Below, piece after piece: positions 51,355 to 64,000 of a stretch of 64,000 nucleotides of DNA (positions are counted from its first letter, which is position 1; every line of letters starts with the position of its first letter). This DNA is from Phoronis australis (taxonomy: Eukaryota; Animalia; Phoronida): the NCBI GenBank assembly GCA_002633005.1, contig NMRA01000324.1:376624-440623 (forward strand), given 5' to 3'. The notes below the pieces were generated by a model that saw nothing but the letters and a program-made list of their open reading frames with translations, ran no database searches and was not told where the DNA came from. The translations under genes and the position numbers were made by a program.

Positions 51355-52908
51355 TACCTGTAATACCTGTAATATACCCGTCACGGGCAGGATCATTGGG
51401 GATATGCTGGTGCATTAATCCACTCCCCAGACCATCCCCGTGACAGCAGAAGGCGCAGAACTCCAGGGCTGACGTTGCATATAAGCATTTGATTAGACAG
51501 CACTCGGGCACGGCCCTTCTTGTGACTCTTCGTAGCATGGCCATAAATTCCGGCTTCGAGCAGGCGGCTGCCATCATTGAACTCAGCCAGCTGGGATGCA
51601 GTCTGCTCGAGGTTGCGTTTGTGAGCCAGCAGCTTAACGTCAGCCGAATATAAGTAGAGGGGTTGGTTGGTGGTGCATGAGCCAGCGAGGTAATCTGCAC
51701 GCTCATTAATCAAGACACCGGCGTGGCCAGGTACGAAAGACCAGATCACCACATTATGAGGGTGGCGTGATCGGAAGACACCCCAGTTGGCTGGGAGGTT
51801 TCCAGATTGAACTTTCATCAACACTGCCATGGAATCGGTGGCAAAGATAATGGTGTGATTCTCCAGGTCTAGGAGTGACAGCTTGGTTAGGGCACGTTGT
51901 ATAGAGTCAAACTCCATCCGCGTACTGCTTGTGTATATATGGTGGCAGCCACCACCTTCCGCAATGACGTTGTTAGCACAGCGTATTTGATAGCTCCATC
52001 CCGCACGATTAGTTTCACCATCGAAGGATCCATCAGTTCCTACAATGATGGCATAAATACCGCCAAGATCACGCCATTGCTGACGGCACAATGCTTGGGC
52101 TATTCAAAGAGGCCATTCCCGAGCTTCCCTGTTGAAAGCAATGATGACATTCGGTTCCTCACCAAGTTCTTGTACTGGCAGCCAAGCAGCAACTTGCGCG
52201 ATCATGTGTTCTCCGATGAGACCCATGGTTGCGTTAACAGCAGCGACAGTCCACGAGCACCTGTTAAGTCTTTGGTGGGAGGCATTGCGAAAAGGTCTAG
52301 GACAAAGTCCATAAGTTTCTGTTGCAGGGACGGAGTTCACGCACCTGTCAAGTGCAGTCTTCACTTGACTGTGTAATGGATGGAAGGGGCTTTGAACAAC
52401 CTTTGCTACAGTAATACCTTGTAGAAGGGATTGTCTGTCTGCAATGCTGGGAATACCGACAGGGTAACGTAATGCTGTGACTGACGTAGATCTCTTACAT
52501 CCAGCGATGACGCGAAGACCAATGTTCCGGAGCCTCTCAAGTCTGTTGATTTGATTTTTACTGATGTTGATCATGGGGAGAGCGTAGTCGAAGACCGAAG
52601 TGACCAGGGCTTTATAAAGCATGAGGAGGTGCCTTTCCTCCGCCTTCCGCCCAGCCGCAGCCCTAAGGGCATTGATTCCTCTGTTAGCACGGCTGATCAT
52701 ACTGTTAACTTGAGTTGTGAAGTTGAGCCTGCGGTCAAGTTCTACACCCAAGTGACGCATGTGGTCAGATGTAGCAATCAACTTCCCATCGTAGGTAGGG
52801 CAAGGGAAATCATCAACACTGAGGCGATTGTCCAGAGTACAGAAGAGAGCTTCACATTTGTCTCCATTGCAGCTCATTCCGCTGGTAGCACAAAACTCGC
52901 ATATTTTT
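51355..52908 (-). mobile_element. I-group (Ingi/I/Loa-like) LINE 3' part: RT thumb + RNase H, one in-frame TGA; 5' part hidden by the gap
   Basis: RHLGVELDRRLNFTTQV..YKALVTSVFDYA; RNase H motifs TDGS, E, TDS and VPGHAGVLINERAD. ORFs 52104-52877 and 51393-52091 share one frame. A 3' hairpin CCCGTGACGGG and a (TTACAGGTA)2 tail follow. Confidence 0.9.
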
Positions 52909-53182
52909 NNNNNNNNNNNNNNNNNNNNNNNNNNNNNNNNNNNNNNNNNNNNNNNNNNNNNNNNNNNNNNNNNNNNNNNNNNNNNNNNNNNNNNNNNNNN
53001 NNNNNNNNNNNNNNNNNNNNNNNNNNNNNNNNNNNNNNNNNNNNNNNNNNNNNNNNNNNNNNNNNNNNNNNNNNNNNNNNNNNNNNNNNNNNNNNNNNNN
53101 NNNNNNNNNNNNNNNNNNNNNNNNNNNNNNNNNNNNNNNNNNNNNNNNNNNNNNNNNNNNNNNNNNNNNNNNNNNNNNNNNN
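52909..53182. other. Assembly gap (274 N)
   Basis: Run of N. Confidence 1.
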
Positions 53183-56100
53183 CGAGTTTTGCACATTCTA
53201 ATGAGTCACCACTCGAGATTTGGTTCCGTTTCAGTCCTAAAATCCTAGAATAATTCTTCTGTTCTCAGGTGCTCAGTTCTCAGGTGCTCAGTTCTCAGGT
53301 GCTCAGTCTTAAAAAAGTTTCCAGTATGAAATGAAGTGCCAAGCACAGGCAGCGTTGTAAGACAGAGACGTTGGCGTTTCCGTATGTCCACAAAAGTGCT
53401 TTGAGCGGTGTGTAAAAATTTGTTCATTTCGCTTTTCAATACTGACGACTATGATCAACACGGTGTTTTAAAAAGTACACTTTTGAGGGCATTTTCAAAA
53501 AAGTGTTTGCTTCATAAATTCAGCGAGTCGGTGTCCAAGGCAGAAAACGGTATCTGCGAAAAGGAAGAGTTGCGTTTTCAAAACATTCAGGGCATGAGCT
53601 CAAGGACTACATGAGAAAGAAACTAAAACCGAATACCAAACAGAAACGTGTCCAATGAATATATAGCTCTTGGAAAACTGTTACCCTGAAAAAAGTGCAA
53701 AATACGAACGTCATTTACGGAAGGTTATACTAGAAATGATTCGTTGCAGTGGAGCCGCCACGGGGTAGTAAAAACACTGTGCTGTACACTAGTTAGCTGA
53801 ATGGAAAGCTGAAGTGGAAAAATCCAGAACACACATATTCTATTCAGGAATTGAAACCTCTGTAGAATCAAAAACAATTGGCAAACAGGATTTATTGTGT
53901 CAGAAAACTCATCACGCCAAGGAGAGAATTGTTTTCATGCCTGGAGACTACGTGATCACCCATTATGCAATGATGACAATCCATTGTGTACCTATATATT
54001 GGCATCTATTGTAAAACGTGGATTAGACGAAAGAAATTCAACTGCATTTCCAAGATAATGTGTCTCGTCGGCAAGAGGTTGAACATTTAGCCCTTGTTGA
54101 TACGGACATCATCACTTTGAAGGACCATATGCTTGGGGATGGTGACGTGGTGTGCTGGCGTGTAAAGTTACTGACGTGGTAAGTTTTTGAACCTGACTTA
54201 TTAAATTTTCAGTTCGTTCGTATTTTATTTTGATCCTGAAGTGAAGAATTTTTTGTCCTCACTTGATAAATTATAGTTGCTGATGTGATAAATTTTAACG
54301 TGGTGAATTTTGGTCTTTATTTGTTTTTTGGTCTTCTGTGTGAAAACAATCTCAATGTATTGGATTGTTTTAATTCCTGCTGAAGTAAAATTTCTGGTTT
54401 TGAGATATTTATTTTTGGTCCTGGAGAGTTGCTTGGTTTTAATCTTGCATAGAAAATGTGTAGTTGTGGATTCTTTTGAAATATTGTATCCTTTTTACAG
54501 CTGTATATGCCTGGTGTAGAGTGCTCAGTGTGATATTATTTAAGCCTTATTATCCTCTATGGCTTAACAACTACATATCTTCATTCATACCTGTAATAGA
54601 GGTACTCCCAGGATCACCAAGCATGTGTATGTTCTTATTCTAATGAGGCGTGCTTCGAATGTACAATTAGTAATCATACTTTTGCAGTGGTTCATAACAA
54701 ACGGATTCATTAAACCCAGTAAATATTTTTGCAATTGCCGATCTGCATATTAGACATGCATAATGCATCAGACCTCATCAGAATAAAACTTGTTATTAAT
54801 CATAGTAGAAACATTTATTTTCATCATAGTCACAAGACGTTAACAAACGCAGTCAGTGTCTGTAACTGTTGTGTCTACATTGCTGATGAATTAAAGTCGG
54901 ACTATTTCCATTTTTGTATCACTGATTCATGCCAAAGGTTTGAAATTGCGCCCCTAAAGAGTTTTGACTTGCCCTGGTGATCACTAGAATCCGATGCAAT
55001 AAACTTATACAAGTTGTTTTTAACCAGTGTAATAGAGCTGAAAATTGTGTGCGTTTTCGTTTACGAAAGTTTTCTTTTTGAATCACTGGGTTAATATTTT
55101 TACGCTCTACATGAAAACCCAGACTACTTTTTTAGGATTACATGTAACAGGTTACCCCGAAAATATTATGTTCAAAGTTTTATTCTTTGGAGTATACGCG
55201 AAACGCCAAGTATTGTGTTCTTATGCCAAAGGGCTTGGAAGGCTCTATCCTTGGTGCGAAGCTGTTTACTAAAGTAAATATACACATTTGCGCCGTTGTG
55301 GGTTAAAACTGACCGAATGAAATCTTCCTAGAGTAATCTAAATTATTTACCAGCGTTGCAAAAATTGTTTTTTTACAATTATTCTGCTGCTAAAATTCTT
55401 GTGTGATCTTTTTCGTCCACTTTCGACGCAATGAAATATTGTGTCACCTATTAGCCAGTTTCTTATCCCCAGATTATTCAATCAAACGTTCTCCCTCGAG
55501 GTTGCGTAAAAGTCACGACAAATGATTAGAATTGGTTTCACTTCATTATATGTTTGTGGAATTTTGATATCAGTGAACTGAATTTTAGAACAAATTTTGC
55601 TGAAATGTCACCTTAAACGGCCGTAACGGGCAACTTGAATGCCAATTGACTTCCAGAGTATGCATGCACACCCGCCGGTCTTGAGCTCATGTTGATCCAA
55701 GCTTTTCGACGAGGTGACAAGCGTAACTATCCCGGCTGTGTGAAGTTTCGAAGTCTGTTTGAGCTCAAAACGCAGTGGCACCTTTCTGTATTTTGAAAAT
55801 AGTCTTCATACAGCTAGCTGGCTAGATAGGGGGGGCTCTAGCTTCGAAAAGATTTTTTACTGCGAAAGTGATAATTTCAGAATGATGATGGACGATGGAT
55901 GACACTAAAATCCGATCATAAGTCTTCTGTTTTCATGCGCCCAAGATTATTTAATATCGGCGCTATGTTCAAACCATATTAACAAGTTATACAGAAATGA
56001 ACAATAATTATCTATGGTAAAGCGCAATATAGAGCGTGATGAAGTGATGATCAAAAGCGATAACGGGCGATAACGGATGAGCGCAAATGCGTGCTGCTTG

Positions 56101-58084
56101 TTGAGCATTCCGCGTGATGAAAACATTTGAGGTCGTAAAATATCCAGTGTTGTATTGTGATTTCTGTGCAATTTTACTGTAAATTTCAAATTTCGTGTTT
56201 CTTTTTGCGCATAATGTATTGAATAAAAGTCTCATATCTAAAGTTAGAAATTATGCTTCTGCGATATCACTTAACGTTTGATTTTACCACGCCGTCATTA
56301 AGGTTTTAGGCTGGTGTAATGTCACGCACTTCGTATTTGTAGGTTGATTCAATTTTACACCCTTTCAATAGTTGAACAAAAGTTGATAAACCGATGTCAA
56401 GACCGGAGTTGCCAGTGGTTAACGAGCTGTGAACAATTAAATGTTTCGTTGTCCAAAGTTCACCCGCTAGGTCATAAAATGGTAATTACCGACCAGGGAC
56501 ACGCTTAATCCGAATTGGTCGTCTACGCCACGCGACCACTTAGCCGACCCAAGTGCCGACCACAGAGGCGACTCAGCAGACGGCTCCTAGCCGACCGTTG
56601 TTGGTCGGCTATTGGTCTGCTAGACGACCGGTCGACGGCTGGTCGTCGACCAATTTCCGACCTGTCGGACAAAAATTCGTGATGTGTGCTATATTTTACC
56701 TTCTTATTCTTCTTATTCTTATTACTATTTTTATGATTATTCCTTCCTTTTCAGATTATTATTATCATTTTACTTCGATTCGCTAATAACATTCATAATC
56801 ACTGTGATTCATTGGTTTATCATTGTTTTTTTCTGATTATAGTCTCTTGACCAAAATTGCACCCGATTGACCCGGAACGGGTCAAGGAATGCATGTTTAC
56901 AAAATGCTTCTTCTTCTACAGGTTTTTTGATAACAAGTAGACACTAAATATCTGCTTCCAAAATTTTCTTGAAATTCCAATCGGATGAAAGGAACTGAGT
57001 TTCCGGGTCGAAGGTCATTAAGTGCAAAAGTGATTTTGAGCTAGACCTTTGATAATCATTCGTATGATTACTATTCATAAAGGAAGTTCTTTCACAAACT
57101 TTGGGGTCACTACGTGCAACTTTGGGGTCATTTAGTGCAGTTTTCTGTTTAATTTAAGACTTTTTCAATAAGCTTGTACCTGAATGATGCATTAGGCAGA
57201 GCGTTCAAATTCATGGTCGTTCAACCAATTGCCGATCAAACTCTATTGATCACAAGGATTTGACTCAAAATGTACCGGACTGACCCGAAACGTGTCAAGC
57301 AGTGCATTCTGTCAAATTGCTTCTTCTTCGACAGACTTTTATTTAGTTTCTCCCAATTTTGGTAGAGAAGTTCATCCGAAATTAACTTGGATATTAAATT
57401 GGATCAAGGGAACCGAGTTTCCGGGTCAAAGGTCATTAAATTCAAACACGATTTTTGAGCTAGACCTTTTATAATCGTGCATATTATTTCCATTCTCAAA
57501 CGAACTTCATTCACACGCTTTGGAGTCATTAGGTGCAAATTTGGGGTCATTAAGTGCAGTTTTCTTTAAATTTAAGACTTTTTGAATCATCTTGTACTTA
57601 CATGATGCATTAGCGAGGGCGTTCATATTCATGGTGGTTCAACAAACTACCGATTAAATTCTATTGATCACATGGTTTTAACTCAAAATGACCCGAAACG
57701 GGTAAAGGGATGCATTCTGTCAAATTACTTCTTCTTCTACAGGGTGTTAGGTTGACTCTCCGGATTTTGATAATAAGCCCACAAAATTTACTATAGAGAA
57801 CCGAGTTTCCGGGTCAAAGGTCATTAAATGCAAAAGTGATTTTCGAGCTAGACCTTACAAAATCACCTATATAATTTTCATTCGTAAAGGAAATTCAGTT
57901 ACAAACCCTGGGGTCATTAGGTGAAACTCTGCAGTCATTAGTTGCAGTTTTCCGTTGATATTCTTTCTTTTCACTATTGCCAGGGACATTGCTCTCTTTC
58001 ACACAAAGGATGAAACTCCTATATGCAGAGTAATGCGCCTATACTTCACTATGCCCGTTGGGCATGAGTGTATATGGTTTTGAA

Positions 58085-59434
58085 GATTTCCCTTAGATTG
58101 CCAAAGAAGCAAACTAAGAAGTGGTATATAGATGGCTCATTGCGTAAATTAAAAAAATCACTTATGAAATGATGTAAAGAGTTCCAGAAACGTTTAACAC
58201 AGAATCAGCTAAAAAACAGATGCTGTAAAGTCTGGAATTCGCAACATTGGTCTGTTTGTGAAATACCAAATATTTTTACTATTTTTTATATAAATTCTTT
58301 TGTGAATGATAAAGTATTTAAACATTGTCAAATGGCGGTTTATGGGTAGATTGAAAGGGAGATTATATATTTCTTTAATTTTGGTGTTTGTGCAATAGTT
58401 GAGTAAAAACGCATGCTTATCTGGTTTTACAGAAAACTTGTGAATAAATGTGTTTTTGATCAACGCATTGGAACTACTGAAGAATAAAAATCTACTGTTA
58501 AAAAATCTTCTATCCGACACACTCAGAACTTTCGTCAAGGTCGTTGTAGTGGAAGAAAATTTATGATAGACATATCCTTTAAGTTATAATTTTTCTTAAT
58601 GCTTTCCCATTTAAGAAGTTTTCTCTAGCTATCTAAAAGATCTTCACAAAATATGAGTCCTGCATTGCACAGATCTTGGTAAACTAATTATTTACCGTTA
58701 ACAGTTAAGTTACAATTGTTCCATATTACTTGTTTGGCTATTGGTACTTCCTTGAAAATTTCAGGATTAAGAATATACAAGGTTGCGAGAATGTCTTTGT
58801 AAAAAGGTTCTTAATTTCGCATTTTAGAGTTTTCAGTAAAAAAATGGATGAAAAAATGAGGACACAGCCAATACGACTTAAAAGATGCCTCGGGTATATC
58901 CTCCAATTTGACTCATCCTATCTATTGAAACGCTTGACCAAATTAAATAACAAGTTTAACTCAATCTGTTCAATCTTAGGATATTTCAAACCACCCTCTT
59001 GATATGGCGAAATAGTCACGGTTTCTTTAAATTTTGGTCGTCTCTGGTAAGTTTATTAATTTCAGGAATTCTTATTTGGTGATACCCACAGTTGACACCA
59101 CATGAATGAGTTTCGATAAACCAAAATTTTTCGTTAGGAAGATTCTGCCTCTTATGTACAAATTTCGAATTTTCAAAATATTAAACAGGTCTTGAAGTTT
59201 TTGGATTTATCATCAAATTTGAGTGTTTCAGCGTCATCTCTTTTTCCTGCCAAAGAATATTCCTAGACCTTTAATGAGTTTCGGGGCCAGCTGATTCCGT
59301 AAAGTGATTTACGATTTCGGTTCATTGTTGAGGCAAACATAACTTGGCATTTTTCATAATTCAAATGGAGTCCAGATAATGTTCCATAATAATCTAACAA
59401 TTCAAAACAGTAATTGCCAGATTCTTTGTCCTTA
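58085..59434 (-). mobile_element. L1/Tx1 LINE RT 3' part (downstream of the Academ insertion)
   Basis: KDKESGNYCFELLDYYGTLSGLHLNYEKC..WPRNSLKV; RGRIFLTKNFGLSKL; EGGLKYP. Confidence 0.88.
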
Positions 59435-62400
59435 TAGCTGGGCAGATAAGTGCAAATATGCACCAGAAGTGTGCAAATGATGATACAAGCACCAAATTTT
59501 CCATGATGACTCATAATAGCATACTTAAGAGATCTGTTCGCCTAGCCACCTGAAAATCCAAGATGGCGGCCATTTTTCAAGATGGCCGCCGTCCAGTGTT
59601 CGTGATAATGATTTTCCTTGTAAATCAGTATATACCCAACCGAGTTTAGCAATCTTGGGGTCAAATGTTATAGTTTTCGGTATGCGCAATTCAGTTTGGA
59701 CACTGTGAACACTCTCAATTACATATATTGTCCAGATATAGACAATTATACTCTTTAATTCGGTCAATTTCTATGATTTTTGTCTGGGCGAATGCTTTGG
59801 TCACGCTGCATTTGTCTTGTATCAATAGCTGATTATATATTATGCATAGGGTGTACGGGTGTAGGGGTAGAGGTAGTACTTTTGTTTCAGCAGTCAGCCA
59901 CATCCCCTGGATCACAATTTAACAGGCATGCCAAGGACCCGGAGACCCCCTTTGCCTTTTATTTTGGCTTGTCTGTCTTTGCCAAAACAAGGAAGAGACA
60001 ACTGATTGTGATGCTCCATAGGAACGGAATCAGTGTTTCTTATGATAGGGCCCGTAAAAGCTCAGTCCACCTTGGAGAGACTGTTGTGGCACAGTACGTT
60101 GAAGATGGAGTCGTCCGCCCACCAGTCCTGCAAAAGCATGTGTTCACGACTTCTGCGGTGGACAACATTGACCACAACCCGACTTCAACTACAGCTCAAT
60201 CTTCCTTCCATGGTACAAGTATGTCCCTCTTTGAGCACCCAAGTTCTGAATACCCTGGTGAAGAACGTAAAGCACTGAAACTCAATCCAGATGTCAAGGT
60301 CAAGAAAGTCCCAGAGCCTCCTGAGGATTTCACAACGTTCGACCAGCTTGCATCACAAAGAATCCCAATCCTCCTACAATTACAAGTCATATTTACCCTA
60401 CACCCGAGTCAATCAAGTCACACATGAAGATTACATGTGGTTGGAAAAGATATCACTAACCGAGACCATTGGAGACGGGGTAAATGTGTCACGTGCAACC
60501 CATCATGCTGCACAGAACATCAGCCAATCATTCGAAGTGAGCCTTACCTCAGTAATGGCTATAATTCTTCACCAGGCCAACTCGGTTGCCACAATCAAGC
60601 ACTGCATGCATAAGATTCCTGAACCCAGGACAAACCCCAGTTATAGCTGTTGACCCGCCACTGTTTGCTCTTGCTAAGCATATCCAGTGGCAGTGGCCAG
60701 AGGGGTATGGACAGGACAAGTTCGTCATCATGTTCGGGGGACTTCACATTGAGATGGCTGCACTGAGATCAATAGGGACCCTCCTAGAAGACAGTGGCTG
60801 GACTAGAACTATTGCTGAAGCAAGTGTGGCATCATCTGGTACAGTACAGTCATTCCTGACAGTGTCAAGTGTCACCAGGACAAGACTTGCCCACCAAATC
60901 ACAGCATGCAGCTTCTGCCGATTGATAAAGGAAGTTCAGCGTGACCACTGCTCCGAGTGTGAGGTGTCTGGCAATACTTCTATGGCATTTTAAGACAGAG
61001 GAGTACGAGGCCACAATTCCAGTTTTGGAGTCTGGTGCTGGATATAGAACTTGCCATCTTTCTCTTTGTCCGCTCTTTTAGGGAAGGACACTTTGAACCC
61101 TACAGAGAATCCTTGACAGAACTGATTCCATACTTCTTCGCGAACAACAATACAAACTATGCCAGATGGCTCCCAATACATTGGTGGGATATGATGTCTC
61201 TTGATCACCAACACCCAGATGTCTCCAAGGAGTTTCATAAGAGCAACTTTGTCATTCACAAATCAAAATGTGAGTTTTCGGCAATGGTGATAGATCAAGC
61301 TCACGAACAAAACAATGCAGTCATCAAAAGTGATGGTGGAGCTGTTGAGCTAACTGAGGATCCTGCAGCACTGAGGAGATGGATGGTAGCTGGACCAGAA
61401 GTGAGTAGCTTAGTTTCTGGCTATGAAACCATATCTTGCGTTAAGGACACAGCTATCACCACTAAACACCACGTAAGTACCCAGCGGGCATTCCTTGAGA
61501 AGGTTAAGGTGCTACAAAGAGTCCTGAAGGACATGGACAACCCCTTTCAAGAAGAGATAGCAGACCTACTGGTTCTACACACAAAGACAATTGCAGATCC
61601 AGCGCTAGCTGAGCTCGGTGCAACACATCATGAGAGAGGAAAACAACAATTCAAGTTATTTGTAGAAGGCCTGGAGAGTCAATATACAAGGGCATTCTAC
61701 CGCCCAATAAAGAAGAACAAGGTTGCCGTCTTTAAACATGAGAAGGTTGCCTGTAGTTCCAAGGAAAAGTTCATGAAATAAGACTGTCATTTGTTCTCCA
61801 GACTATTCATCTCCTGCCAGGTTAGACAGTGTGATTTCCAGGAGTTCTTCGCTCATGAGAACCAGGCAGCTCCGGCTTCACTAAGTGACAATGGCAAGCT
61901 CCATGCATCCCAAAAGTCACAGCTGACGGACATTCTTGAATCCGGAGTCACTCTACCAGAAAGTGAACCAGAAGGAGATACCATCATCATTGATGGCTCA
62001 GCTCTAATGTCATACCTCCACGGAGCTCAAAGTCATATGATGACTATGCCAAAGAAGATTTTCTGCCAAAGTTGGGGTGCAATGCTGCCAAATACGAACG
62101 GGTGGACATTGATGTCTACTAGAAGCTGAGTCTGAAGTCCGAAACCAGAACCAAAAGAGGACTTGGGATCAGGAGAAGAGTAACAGGAAGTACCAAGACG
62201 CCTCAAAAGTGGAGAAGCTTTCTGCGAGATGATAGCAATAAGACTGAACTATTTAATTTCCTCGCAGAGAAAACGCGTGACATTGAGACAACGAGCACCA
62301 TCATCGTGACTATGGGGGATAAGGTCATCAGCAACAGAGTGAGGTCCCTAGATGCCGTGGCCCCATGCTTCCATAAGGAAGCTGACGCCAGAGTATTTGT

Positions 62401-63643
62401 ACATACAAGGGACGCCACCTCACAAGTTAGCAAGTCCACTATCATCAAAGCAAACGACACTGGTGTTGTCGTCATAGCAGTGTTGACCATGCCATTCTTA
62501 CAACGCCATGGGTTAGAACACGTGTGGCTAGCCTATGGACAAGGAGCCAGTGCTCAGTGGATTCCCGTTCACGAGGTAGTTTCTTTAATGGGGCTGAAGA
62601 AAGTCAGTGGTATCCTTTTCTTCCATGCTTTCACAGGCTGTGATGTGGTTTCAGGTTTTCGTGGCCAAAGAAAACATCTGCAGGGCTGACAGAGGATGTG
62701 TGTGATGACGTTACTGAAACCTTCAGGAAACTCAGCTACAGTTCGGGAGAAATTTCAGATGATCATCTGCAGAATCTGGAGAGCTTCGTTGTTGTAATGT
62801 ATGACAGATCCAATTCAGATAGTGGGGTCAACAAGGCACGGTTGGATCTCTTTGTCTGCAAGCAGAGGACTTATGATGCGATCCCACCAACCAGAGATGA
62901 CATGCTGCCTAACGAAGTGGGATCATCTGGAGCAAGGCGAATCTCGAACCCACAAACCAGCACTCCAGCTGACTGGGGTAGGATTCAATGTGAACATGGC
63001 AAATACACGGGACAACCCTTCTACCAACAGCTGCATGCTGCCAGGAATTAACCAAATGCTGCAGTAAGAAAGGCTGCACTCGAAGGTGCAAATGTTTTTG
63101 AGCAGGACTTTCTTATAACGCTCTGTGTAGTTGTGTATGTGACCAGTAACGTCGTTGTGTAAAGGAATTTATAATAGACAATAGATTCTGAACAACATAT
63201 TATTTTAGCATTAATGTGATGTTCATGCTCGACTATGTTTGTGATTTATTATTCCGTCCATTTATTTTGTATTTGATGTTCGAAAGCACAGTTCCGTTTC
63301 TCGTTAATAAAATGCATTTTGATGTTGTAATTTCTTGCTTATTTTATCAGTAGTTGCCCATATGGTATTAAAATGCTTCTGAAAATATCAAAAATGGATT
63401 CAGCATATCCAAAAACATACAATTTAACAACAAGTTCATGAAAATCGGTTGGGCAGAGACAGATTTACGAGAAAAAGCATTACTCACAAGCATCAAATGG
63501 CGGCCATTTTGAAAAAGGACCGCCATTTTGGATTTTTAGGTGGCTAGTCGGGTAGATCTGTTGAGTATACCTTAAAATGTCACCATGCCGATTTTGGTGC
63601 TTATATCATCAAATGCATGATTTTTCCACTATCTGCCCAGCTG
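59435..63643 (+). mobile_element. Academ DNA transposon, 5'-internally deleted, 3-bp TSD TTA
   Basis: TTA|TAGCTGGGCAGATA ... TATCTGCCCAGCTG|TTA, with imperfect TIRs of roughly 250-300 bp that share GATGGCGGCCATTTT blocks. Confidence 0.9.
59920..63150 (+). pseudogene. Frameshifted Academ transposase with C-terminal Cys-rich (CXC-like) domain
   Basis: ETPFAFYFG..GISVSYDR; DNIDHNP..SFHGT; GGLHIEMAAL; NYARWL; DQAHEQNN; IIDG; HKEADAR; NDTGVVV; HAFTGCDVVSGF; IPPT; ELTKCCSKKGCTRRCKC. Confidence 0.9.
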
Positions 63644-63646
63644 TTA

Positions 63647-64000
63647 ATGAAAAGAACTGCACCGTCTGCATACTGTCTCCTAATGTGAAGCCTCTAATTA
63701 ATTTATTGCTTCTGATATGATATGATGTAATATAATTTCCGCACGCATGACCAACAGCGGACTTGATAGTGGATCTCCTTGTCGGAGGCCTTTCTCTATA
63801 TTAAAATACTGTAATATAAATCCGTTGTTCAACACACATGACGAAATTCCAGAATACAGTGTACGGATTCTATTGATAAAAACGTCCACAAAAGTGAAAG
63901 CTTTTAAGGACTAAAATAAAAACTCCCACTTTACCGTATCGCACACTTTCTTGAAATCGAGGAATTCAATGTGACCGAGGATGTGCTTTTCTTTATAAAA
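63647..64000 (-). mobile_element. L1/Tx1 LINE RT core (upstream of the Academ insertion), running off the window end
   Basis: DFKKVCDTVKWEF; SCVLNNG..KGLRQGDPLS; QYADGAVLFI rejoins KDKESG once the Academ and one TTA are removed. Confidence 0.9.

Larger units (their letters stand above)
50200..56691 (-). mobile_element. CAG-TIR family copy C, full length, opposite orientation to B, carrying a LINE insertion
   Basis: TA|CAGCACACATC at 50198-50200 and GATGTGTGCTA|TA at 56691-56693. Reverse-complement collinear with 33173-38078. Confidence 0.92.
50157..58079 (+). mobile_element. Fourth HINE-like element (related subfamily), split by copy C: head 50157-50197, body 56694-58079
   Basis: Head TTACTCTG..GTAGAGT. 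After the insertion come the TTCTTA microsatellite, about 3 internal ~400-bp repeats, GCAGAGT and the palindrome CACTATGCCC-GTT-GGGCATGAGTG at 58047-58070. Confidence 0.7.

Noticed and set aside
52551-53253. ORFs spanning the X run
   Set aside because: Artefacts of the 274-N gap, or antisense to the LINE.
53261-53305. TEHLR peptide repeat
   Set aside because: A copy-specific 15-bp tandem triplication in non-coding transposon sequence.

Overview
AT-rich eukaryotic (metazoan, probably marine invertebrate; this is inference) genomic window made almost entirely of transposable elements and their debris. I found no supportable host protein-coding gene, RNA gene or prokaryotic feature, and most listed ORFs are noise. 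Recognisable elements: L1/Tx1 LINE fragments (1-~1000, ~9480-10388, ~58085-64000), Penelope-like remnants, a CR1/L2-type ORF1 and RT fragments, an R2-Hero-like retrotransposon, a BEL/Pao gag fragment, a young RNase-H-bearing I-group LINE, an Academ transposon (TTA TSD), an intron-rich Kolobok (TTAA TSD), a split THAP domain and Helentron-associated (DINE/HINE-like) repeats. The most notable structure is an ORF-less ~4.9-kb TA-targeting TIR transposon family with CCGAC subterminal arrays, present as four copies or arms. It inserts into itself at a fixed internal site, forms a head-to-head two-right-arm derivative, and hosts a five-level nested stack of elements (20656-39019). A second self-nesting pattern (stacked heads followed by stacked bodies) is seen in the HINE array at 46245-58079. 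All alignments and translations were done by eye; boundaries marked ~ are approximate.
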